From Mobula hypostoma (taxonomy: Eukaryota), in contig NC_086108.1 of NCBI RefSeq assembly GCF_963921235.1, forward strand, positions 2,976,001 to 3,040,000: DNA of 64,000 nucleotides, read 5' to 3'. Below are positions 25,735-36,048 of the stretch, one piece after another (the first letter of the stretch is position 1; each line of letters starts with the position of its first letter). Below the pieces are notes generated by a model. That model had not been told where the DNA came from. It saw only the letters and a list, made by a program, of their open reading frames with translations, and did no database searches. A program made the translations under genes and the position numbers.

Positions 25735-26160
25735 GTGGTCGTCGTGGCTATCCTTCGAGGTCGAGGTTGATGGTTTTTTTGTTCTGTTGATCTACTTATG
25801 GGCTCTCAAGAGGCTTATGAGTCCAATCTTGGCTTTGAAAGTTCTTCCGCATTCAGGACAGGTAGTTCCAGATGGCAGATCGGGCTTCTGCCTGTCTTTC
25901 CATTTTCTTCTCTTTTCTTCTAATTCTGCTCATCTGTTGGCTTCGAAAGTTTCTGTTCCTTCTCGGATGATGGCTTGCCAGAGCTTCCTGTCCTTGGCAT
26001 TGGTTTCCCAATTGTTGGTGTCCATGTTACATTTCTTCATGTTGGCTTTTAAGACGTCTTTGAATCTCTTCTGTTGTCCGCCTCTTGTACGCTTGCCTTC
26101 TTTAGGCTGGGAGTAGAAGATTTGTTCGGCAGACGTTCGTCTTTCTTGCTGACATGGGCT
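25735..26160 (-). mobile_element. RTE-type LINE 3' end
   Basis: Reads ...GKRTRGGQQKRFKDVLKANMKKC...DRKLWQAIIREG...CPECGRTFKAKIGLISLLRAHK (degenerate C2H2 tail); abuts the NAPA promoter. Confidence 0.8.
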
Positions 26161-26229
26161 CCAATGCTTGTTATTTGTGCTTCATTCAGCCCTCTGGTGG
26201 AGTATTGCGGAATGATTGACAGGACACCG

Positions 26230-26327
26230 GCTGACGAGTCACGTGATGCGCGGCGCGGCTTCACAGGGGGCGGGGCCCGGAGCAGGAAGTGACGCCGGGC
26301 AAGGTGGGTGAGTTGGGGGCGAGAGCG
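26230..26327 (+). promoter_or_regulatory. NAPA proximal promoter/5'UTR
   Basis: GTCACGTGA at 26238, GGGGCGGGGC (Sp1) at about 26267, and CAGGAAGTGACG (overlapping ETS/half-CRE) at 26283. CpG-rich and directly upstream of the ATG. Confidence 0.75.
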
Positions 26328-26425
26328 ATGGACAACTCGGCGAAGGAACGGGAGGCGGTCAGCCTGGTGGCCGAGGCGGAGAAGAAGGTGCGCTCGGCGC
26401 GCTCCTTCATGGCCACGCTGTTCGG
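26328..26425 (+). CDS. NAPA: Alpha-SNAP coding exon 1
   Basis: MDNSAKEREAVSLVAEAEKKVRSARSFMATLFG, 98 bp, followed by a GTGAG donor; typical SNAP N-terminus. Confidence 0.92.
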
Positions 26426-26559
26426 GTGAGAAGCTTCGAGCGGGTGCTGGGGGAGGTGCTGAGCTCCGGTCCCGAGATGGGGGGAGAGGCCACAGCTGCT
26501 GAGGCCGGGCCTTGGTGGACGGCGGTGCTGTTGGTATTCTGGTGACGGGGCCGGGTGTA

Positions 26560-28080
26560 TGTCAACATCTGGTAACGGAGACATGGGTGAAGAGTGGGTA
26601 ACGTCCAGTTGTTGCCCTGAACAGGGGGAGCGAGGACATGGGTTGTTAATATCTGGGGATACCCTGAACAGAGGAGGTAGGACACGGGTGAAGGGTTGTT
26701 GACATCTGGTGATACCCGGAAAGGGGGAGGTAGGATACGGGTGAAGGGTTGTTAATATCTGGTGATACCCTGAACAGAGGAGGTAGGATACTGGTGAAGG
26801 TTTGTTGACATCTGGTGATAACCGGAACGAGGGAGGTAGGACACGGGTGAAGGGTTGTTGACATCTGGTGATACCCTGAACGGGGGAGGTAGGACATGAG
26901 TGAAGGTTCATTAATATCTGGTGATACCTGGAACGAGGGAGGTAAGACACAGGTGAAGGTTTGTTGACATTTGGTGATACCCTGAACAGAGGAAGTAGGA
27001 CACGGGTGAAGAGTTGTTAATATCTGGTGATACCCGGAACGGAGGTAGGACACGGGTGAAGGGTTGCTGACAGTTGATGATACCCCGAACTGGGGTAGTG
27101 AGAATATGGGTGAAAGATTGTTGACATCTGGTTGTTATGACAAAGTGTGTAAAGGGATTAACATGTTAGTTAAACAATAGCAGCACGTTTTTCTGAAAGA
27201 AACAGCTGATGATCAACAGATGTGTTAATTTTGTTATTCAATTCTGAGCAATATTTCCTCTTGAAGGTAGCCAGCTAGGGTTTTAGGATGCTTATCTCCT
27301 TGTGTAGTCATGTGTAGAGACAGGACAGCTCCAGTCTGTTTTCTGTATGTGAGCCATTATTCCTATTTTGTAATTTGTCTTTCAGGACTGTCATGTAGTA
27401 GATAACTTTGACTCCAGCCTGTCTTGTGTGTGGGGTATCTGAACGAATATGTCCATTCGTAAGGGGAATTGTGAGTTAGTTGGTGGATCGGGCAGGAACA
27501 GTCACAGACTGTTCCTGTTTGAGCGACGAACTGAGTAAGCCCCGGGTGCTTTGAATAAAGACTTTGTACTTATGTGGTCTCTGTGTGACTTTATCCGGAT
27601 TAGACTTCCACAGTTACCCTGAACAGGGGGAGCGAGGACCTGGGTGAAAGATTGATTGACATCTTTGTCAACAAAAATGAGTGAGTTAGTTGGTGGATCG
27701 GGCAGGAACAGTCACAGACTGTTCCTGTTTGAGCGACTAACTGAGTAAGCCCCGGGTGCTTTGAATAAACACTTTGTACTTATGTGGTCTCTGTGTGACT
27801 TTATCCAGATTCGACTTCCACAGTTACCCTGAACAGGGGGAGCGAGGACCTGGGTGAAGGGAGGTTGATATCTGGTAATGCCACGAACAGGGGGAGTGAG
27901 GACGTGGGTGAAGGGTTGTAGGTGTCTGGGTAATGTCCTGAATAAGGCTGTGGGGGTGATGATGGGCTGTTTGCATCTGGTTGATGCCCTGGCAGAGGAG
28001 GGAGGAGATGGATTAAGCATTGTTGGTGCCTGATTGATGCCCTGGCAGGAGAGGGAGGTGAAGCGTTATTGGTGTCTGAT
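26560..28080. repeat. 53-bp minisatellite at the start of NAPA intron 1, interrupted by an LTR
   Basis: Unit ACATCTGGTGATACCCTGAACAGAGGAGGTAGGACACGGGTGAAGGGTTGTTG; period 53 (26651, 26704, 26757). About 11 copies precede the LTR and degenerate copies follow it. Confidence 0.9.
27138..27612 (+). mobile_element. Solo LTR
   Basis: TG...CA termini, perfect 4-bp TSD GTTA on both sides, AATAAA at about 27554. Confidence 0.8.
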
Positions 28081-28339
28081 TGATTTATGCACCTTTTAGT
28101 CTGTATCTGTACTTCTAACTTTATTTTTTTTTATAATTTGCATGTTGTACCCTGACCAACACATCTCAACAAATTCCAAATACATGGGAATGTATATGGT
28201 GAAAAAAAATTGACCTTTTAGCCCATGATCCTGCGTGATTTTATATTGAACACAGGCTATGTCGTGCTCTGATTAAGTTGAGCCCTGGTTAGACGGTACC
28301 TAAAATAATGTGTACAGATCTAGTTTCCCCCAGACTGAG

Positions 28340-30330
28340 TGTAATGTGCTGTTTAAGATTTTCACTGCTATGCTGTGAGGTAGTTTATATTAGCAGTTTT
28401 CTGTAAAAACTCTGTGCCATGCTGGAAAGTGTGTTTGGTCTTCAGCTAAGATAAGGACCCATATTATAGAAACATAGAAAATAGGTGCAGGAGTAGACCA
28501 TTCGTCCCTTCGAGCCTGCACCGCCATTTATTATGATCATGGCTGATCATCCAACTCAGAACCCCACCCCAGCCTTCCCTCCATACCCCCTGACCCCCGT
28601 CGCCACAAGGGCCATATCTAACTCCCTCTTAAATATAGCCAATGAACTGGCCTCAACAGTTTCCTGTGGCAGAGAATTCCACAGATTCACCACTCTCTGT
28701 GTGAAAAAGTTTTTCCTAATCTCGGTCCTAAAAGGCTTCCCCTTTATCCTCAAACTGTGACCCCTCGTTCTGGACTTCCCCAACATCGGGAACAATCTTC
28801 CTGCATCTAGCCTGTCCAATCCCTTTAGGATCTTATATGTTTCAATCAGATCCCCCCTCAATCTTCTAAATTCCAACGAGTACAAGCCCAGTTCATCCAG
28901 TCTTTCTTCATATGAAAGTCCTGCCATCCCAGGAATCAATCTGGTGAACCTTCTTTGTACTCCCTCTATGGCAAAGATGTCTTTCCTCAGATTAGGGGAC
29001 CAAAACTGCACACAATACTCCAGGTGTGGTCTCACCAAGGCAGTTTCCCCACCACCGACGTTAGGCTAACCGGTCTATAATTCCCCGGTTTCTCTCTCCC
29101 TCCTTTTTTAAAAAGTGGGGTTACATTAGCCACCCTCCAATCCTCAGGAACTAGTCCAGAATCCAGCTTTGGAATGTGAGTCAGACAGTCGGGATGGTGG
29201 ATGTGACAGAAGGTTCTAGAGAGCTATGGGGAAGGGTTTTCTGAAGGACAGTGGTCTGGGTTGGGGTCTTTTGGCAGGAGATGTGGAATGGTGCACAAGG
29301 TAAGATGCCATACAATGCCGTTGGAAGGAGAGTTGCAGTTGGAAGAAGTGCTTTGTACAGATAAATAGCTCCAAGGAGGAAGTGCCAATAAGTTCATTCA
29401 AGACAGGCTTTGAGGGAAGTTCGGAATGTGGCGGGTGCTTTCACATAGACCGTGGGTCCAACGTGTGAGTAAGAGATACACCCCCAACTACTCTCGAATA
29501 AGCTCCAATGTTATGTGCACATTGGACTGGTTTAACTGTAATCGGCCCTTTTTTCTTTTTCTGTAAACGTTTGTTAGAGTTGAAAATCTGGTACATATAC
29601 TTTCTTTATAATCTTATGCTGGTGTATGATTTGTCATTTCTGGGCTACAGGTAACTACTTGCACAGCATTTGCTCAAATCAAGGTTTCTTTAATTGGAGC
29701 ATCACGACGTTCCTGTTTGCGTGAACGTCACGTCCAGGACTGGTATGTTGTTTATGACAGGTGGCCATCTCACCGCTGAGTCACGTGGCTGTCAGCTGAG
29801 TTAGCCTGAGCCCTGGTGAGAGGGTTACATTTGTGGTGGCCCGTATAGGATTCAGGAATGTTGTGTAAGGATGGATTAAGTGGTTTATTTGTGCTTAAGC
29901 CAGTGCTTAAACTACTGTTTGTGGGAAGTGAGGTGTGTCGTAATTAAGGTACTTTATTATGGATGCTGCAGGGAGTAAGGTTTGGTGGCTATTCGAAAAG
30001 GATATCCATAAGTCATGCTTGTGTTCTGATTGGGGTGGATGTCTGAATTCCTGATGAACTGCTACTAAGAGTGCTGAGTTCTGTAAAAGTGGTGGGAAAA
30101 GTTACACACATTGAAAGGCGTTTTGACTAATCAGCTGGTAAATATGTCATGTTAGTCCAGACTACCGGTGACGTAACTGAAGTCGTGCTGCCTGATACGA
30201 TAAGGGCACCTGGAGTGGTGGGGCCATGGGCAGTCTGTATTTTTTTAGAGAAGGGATGGAATATACAAAGGGTCAGGACTCTAAAGGAAGAAGGAGAGAA
30301 GCTGTCTGCCTACCTTTCAGGATGGAGAAG
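28340..30330 (+). mobile_element. Gypsy-type LTR retrotransposon 5' relic (LTR, PBS-Ile, PNMA-like gag)
   Basis: TGTAA(28340)...TTACA(29829) LTR split by a CR1 insertion; TGGTGGCCCGTA at 29834; degenerate gag start at about 29959-30250. The left LTR boundary is tentative. Confidence 0.7.
28468..29165 (-). mobile_element. CR1 LINE 3' fragment inserted in the LTR
   Basis: Intact ORF2 C-terminus 28556-29038 (VRPHLEYCVQFWSP...FFTQRVVNLWNSLP). Confidence 0.9.
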
Positions 30331-30921
30331 CTACTGCACTGTTTGTGCCTCAAAGGGGGCATTCAACTGTCTGAGAGAATTTGCTTGAGGATGGAGCAAG
30401 TTGTGAAGGCATGCTGTCACATGGTGTGATTGCTCTATGTATTCAAATAACCCGCAAGATGAGCCCTCCTCCATCTGTTACCAAGTTGGTCAGAATGCCA
30501 AATACCAGGAGCTGGTAGTGCGGTGCCACAGACAGATGAAAGGCACTGCTTGCTGTGCAGAACCTGCTTTCTCTTTGGCATTGTGGGGGGTGGGGGGGGG
30601 GAATCAAGACCGTCACAGAGGCTGCTCAGTGAGCTTCCAGATGGCTATGGTGTGATCAGTGGACCAGTGTTGCTGGGACACAAGCCGGGGCTTGATCAAC
30701 CCTGGCTGGGTCACCTGGCGAGAATGGCTGATGTTGAAAGACCCGAAGCGCCCAGCTTGCATCACTGATGATGTGCCCCATCGCGCCGTAGGGTGCACCT
30801 CAGAATCAGCTTGGGGCATTCCAGAGTTCAGAGTTGAATTCTGGTACCATCTGTAAGGAGTTTGTACGTTCTCCCTGTGACAGCTGGGGCTTCCTTCAAA
30901 GCAACATACACAAAATGCTGG

Positions 30922-32916
30922 GGGGGGGGTCACGTGATGACGTGGGATTGAGACGTGTAAATCTAGCTCTCACGTAAAAAATCAGCAAAGTACCGTTTAA
31001 ACAAAGTAAAGTTAATAAATACTTTCCGAAAACTACTTATAAACTTTGTAAGACTACTCTACGATATGCCTCGTAAACCGCAACAGAAGAAGTCTGTTGT
31101 TGTGAAGTCGCCACAAGATGTGAAGAAAAAAGGGCCAACTGCAGCGATGGAGCCTCGGATTCAGGTTGGATCTCCTTCGGAGGAGACTCATTTTATCTCT
31201 GGCATAGAAGAGCAATGGCGCCGGTAGTGGTCTCTCGGAAGAAGATGCCGGAAATGCGCATGCGCAAATCGACACAATTTAAACTACAAGAACCGACGGC
31301 CTCTGTAACTGAAAGTGACTCAGAGTCAGAATTGGATATCGCAGAGAATACAGATGAAGAGGAGGAGGAAGAACTGGAAGAGACTGGAAGTAAAGGAGAC
31401 GACGGAGACATAAGAGAGGCTTTATTGCAATTAACGGCTGAACTAAGAAAATTAAGAACAGAGTTTAGAGACGTGAAGATGTGCTATGATAAAGCTATGA
31501 AAAGACAGGATAAAATGGATAAGAAACTTCAGAAGATGGAAAGAACACTGGAGCATATTAATGATAGAGTGGAAAAAACAGAAAATAATGTGCTGGTCTG
31601 GAACACGGAAAGAAATCGACTCTTGGAGAAAGTGGACGTGTTGGAAAATTTTAGTAGACGTAATAACATTAAAATTGTTGGTCTTAAAGAAGGTACAGAG
31701 GGAGATAATCCAATTGAATTTTTTCAAAGATGGATCCCGAAAACCTTGCAAATGAAAGAGGAAGACCGATCAATTGAAATTGAGCGGGTACATAGAGCTC
31801 TAAGACCAAAACCACAAGATGACCAATATCCACGATCAATTTTAATAAAATTCTTAAGATTTCAAGATAAAGAAAGGATTCTACGGGCGGCTGCCCAAGC
31901 TGACAAGAAGAGAAAAGGGCCACTAATGATAGAAGGGAAGAAAATTTTTTTCTACCCTGACATAAGTTAGGAACTTTTGAAAAGAAGGAAGAAGTTTAAT
32001 CCAGTGAAAAAAGCCCTATGGGATCACGGTTATCAAATTATATTGCGTTATCCTGCAACCTTGAAGATTTTCTTGCCTGGTGGAGAAAAAAGATTTTTTG
32101 ATGATTACCGGAAAGCGGAGGAGTTTGTGCGAGATTCTTTGAATATTCACCAGATACAAGAACAAACTTAGGAGAGCGAGGTGGATTGAAGATGAAGACT
32201 GGATCAAGGATTAGGCCTGTTGAATTTTTAGGCGGATGAATATATAAATATATTATTATATGAGGGAGGGGAAGAAAGGTTAAAATTTGAGGAATATTAG
32301 CCGGGAATAATAACATTAATTTTTTTCTATATATATATAATTTTTTGTTACGGGGGAGCTGGAAGAAACACTGACCAATCGCTACGTTATTCATGTGTGC
32401 AAACGTGGCAACAGCCAGGACCCGCACAATGGAGGGGGGTAGTGTTGTGTATCTTTTTATTCACAACATTAGTGGAGGGGTATTTTGTTTTTTCTTTTTT
32501 TGTATCTTATCTATTTTTTTTTCTTTTTACCTGGATGATTGGGAGGGAAACACATAGCAATATGGTGAAGTTCAAAGAGATTCCCCAGGGAACTATGAGA
32601 GTTGAGAAGCTAAGTAATGTTTTAGATTTTAAGAGATAAATATGTAACAATTTTAATATTTGGAGCCCTTATTTATAGCTCCGATGATGAAGATCTTGGT
32701 TCCTTGGGGAAAGTAACAAATATATATAAAATTTATTTTTATCCCATGGAGCATTGCAAACCTTCTAATATTCAGGCGGTTCTTTTTTTTTTCTTTTTTT
32801 CTTTTCTTTTTAGGTAGGAGTATATATCGGGGGGGGAGGGTTAAGGAGAGGGGGAAGGTAGATTTTTTTTCTCATGTATCACTTTGAAAACAATAAAAAT
32901 TCTATATTAAAAAAAC
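30922..32916 (+). mobile_element. L1/Tx1 element with ORF1 only (ORF2 internally deleted)
   Basis: G-run 5' end; ORF1 coiled coil plus LENFSRRNNIKIVGLKEG, IERVHRAL, PRSILIKFL and FYPDIS; 3' AATAAA and A-tail; TSD ACACAAAATGCTGG at 30908 and 32917. Confidence 0.88.
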
Positions 32917-35387
32917 ACACAAAATGCTGGAGGAACTCAGCAGGTCATGTATGGAAATGAATAAACAGTAGATGTTTCTGGCTGAGACCCTTCAGCTGGA
33001 CTGAGATGGGAGGGGGAAGATGCCTGAGTAAAAAGGAGAAAGAGGCTAGCTGGGAGGTGATGGATGAAGCCAGGTGGGTGGGAAGGGTCAAAGGCTGGAG
33101 AGGAAAGAAGTTGATCGGAGAAAGGGCCGACCATAGGAGAAAGAGGAGGAAGAGGGGACCCAGCGGGAAGTAAAAGGCAGGTGAGAAGAAATAAAAGGTC
33201 AAAGTGGGGAGTAGCAGAGGTGGGGGGGTGGAATTTGTTCACTGGAAGGAGACATTGATATTCATACCATCAGCTTAGAGGCTAACCAGATGGAACTTAA
33301 GGAGTTGCTTGTGGGTGGCTTCATCTTGGTACGAGAGGAGGCCATGGATTAACATGTCAGAATGGGAATTAAAATGTTTGGCCTCTTCTGGGTGCTCCTG
33401 TTTCCTCCCATGATCCAAAGCCATGTTAGTAAGTTAACTGGTCATTGTAAATTGTCCAGTGATTAGGCTAGGATTAACTAAGTGAGTTGCTGGGTGGTGT
33501 AGCTCATTGGGCTGGAAGGGCCCATTCCACACATAAAATTTTTAAAAATGAATACAGCTTGGATGTTAGGGAATCAAAAGTTTAATAGAAGAAGACAGTG
33601 CTGAGTTAAAGGATCAGTCACACCATTAAATAATGGTGCAGGCGTGAGGGGATCAAAATAAGGCCGCCCTCAGGATGGAGGAGCAACACCTTGTATTTCG
33701 TTTGGGTAATCTGCAAACTGATGGCACAAATATCAATTTCTCCTCCTGGTTAAAACAAAGCTCCCCCCCCCCCTCCCCACCACCACCTATCTTCTCTATT
33801 CCTTACTCTAGACTCTTGCCTCTTCTCTCCCCCTGGGTCCCCTCCTCCCCTATCCTCTCTCCTCTCCTATCAGGTTCCTTCTTCCCCAGACCTTTACCTT
33901 TCCCACCCACCTACCTTCACCTGTCCCCTTCCAGCTTTTCTCTTTCCCCTCAGCCCCCTGCCCCCCCCCCAATCTTTTTATTCTGGCGTCTTCCCCTTCC
34001 TTTTCAGTCCTGAAAAAGGGTCTTGGCCCAAAATGTTGTCTGTTTATTCATTTCCATAGATGCTGAATGACCTACTGAGTTCCTCCAGTGTTTTGTGTGT
34101 GTTGCTGAGGGGGTTGCTAACATGCTTCTATTTGTAATACTTAGGACTTCTAAGTAGATTGTTGTAACATATGAATGGAAATCCTTTGTTTTTCAGTGAG
34201 AACCACTAATCAGTATAGAAGCTGAAGCTCCCTGGCTTGATTTGGCTTGATTTATGAATTTAAACATGCCCTCTCTTCCAGAGTAACAACTGTACTGCGA
34301 GATACCATTTGGCTGCCAACTTCATCGTGGCTCCCTGTGGGGTGTGCCTACTTGTCCAGTTTTCCCTGCTCCTCCTCCATAATGCTGTAATTAATTCCTT
34401 TTTGAAAATTGATATTTCCCGGTTCAGGAACACTTATTATCCCTCAATTATCAGGTTCTTGAACCAGAGTTGCTCACTCCACTTCAATCGCCCCATCACT
34501 GAGTTGTCCCCATAATCTATGGACTAATTTTCAAGGACTCTTCATCTCATGGTCTTGATATTTATTGCTTGCCTATCTGTCTATCTCAAACACAAGAAAA
34601 TCTGCAATTGCTGGAAATACAAAGGAACACACAGAATGCTGGAGGAACTCAGCAGGTCAGGCAGCATCTATGGAAAAGAATAAACAGTTGACTTTTCCGG
34701 CCAAGACCTTTCGTCAGGACTGAAAGGGAAGGGGGCTTTGGGGGTGAGGGGGAAGAGGCTGACTGGAAGATGGTGGGTGAAGCCAGATGGGTGGGAAAGG
34801 TCAAGGGCTGGAGGAGAAAGCATCTGATGGGAGTGGAGAGTGGACAATAGGTCTCTCTGTCTCTCTTTTTCTCATTGGTTTCACATGGGAGTTATTTTAC
34901 ATATAGCAAGTTTCCCCTTATTCTTCCCCATCTTTAACCCATCACTTTGAATTTATTCTCTGCTTCTTGAAGCATTGATGGAGAGTATTGGCACTGTGTT
35001 AAGATGCAGGATATTTTCAACAATATCTAAACTTGTAACCAGCTTGTGCATTGCTATTAGGTTCCACCCCCACCACCCCAGCCTCCTTTGCTACAAGGAG
35101 AGCACCAGCTTCTCCACTCTAACCTTTCATCATTCTTAGACCCAGTCTAGTAAAGTATCTGAGCACCTTATCACGGACCCTTACAAATGTCCAAAAGTGT
35201 GGTAGTGTGGTGACCAGAATTAATAACACTGCAACACACACAAAATGCTGAAGGAACTCAGCAGGCCAGGAAGTCGACATTTCGAGCCGAAACCTTGTTA
35301 ATAACACTGCATCTCATTCCTTCAACTTCTCAGTTTGCTTCTGTCAAGATGTGTTTCACTTGTTCTTTCTCTTTTTTTGTGTGTGTG

Positions 35388-36048
35388 TGTGGGGGGGATT
35401 TGAGGGCCGATGTTCTTGCGTTTCGTGCAGGGTGGGAGGATTTGCGGGGGGGATTTGAGGGCTGATGTTCTTGCGTTTCGTGCAGGGTGGGGGGATTTGA
35501 GGGCTGATGTTCTTGCGTTTCGTGCAGGGTGGGGGGGATTTGGGGGCTGATGTTCTTGCGTTTCGTGCAGGGTGGGGGGGATTTGGGGGCTGATGTTCTT
35601 GCGTTTCATGCAGGGTGGGGGGGATTTGGGGGCTGATGTTGCGTTTCGTGCAGGGTGGGGGGGATTTGGGGGCTGATGTTCTTGCGTTTCGTGCAGGGTG
35701 GGGGGGATTTGGGGGCTGATGTTCTTGCGTTTCGTGCAGGGTGGGGGGGATTTGGGGGCTGATGTTGCGTTTCGTGCAGGGTGGGGGGGATTTGAGGGCT
35801 GATGTTCTTGCGTTTCGTGCAGGGTGGGGGGGATTTGAGGCTGATGTTCTTGCGTTTCGTGCAGGGTGGGGGGGATTTGGGGGCTGATGTTCTTGCGTTT
35901 CGTGCAGGGTGGGGGGGATTTGGGGGCTGATGTTCTTGCGTTTCGTGCAGGGTGGGGGGGATTTGGGGGCTGATGTTCTTGCATTTTGTGTGTGGGGGGG
36001 ATTTGGGGGCTGATGTTCTTGCGTTTCGTGCAGGGTGGGGGGGATTTG
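35388..36048. repeat. G-rich tandem array, unit about 43 bp, about 15 copies
   Basis: Unit GGGTGGGGGGGATTTGGGGGCTGATGTTCTTGCGTTTCGTGCA. Confidence 0.95.

Noticed and set aside
26261..27053. 229-aa and 135-aa minus-strand ORFs over NAPA exon 1
   Set aside because: Explained by the GC-rich exon plus the 53-bp minisatellite; no recognisable protein.
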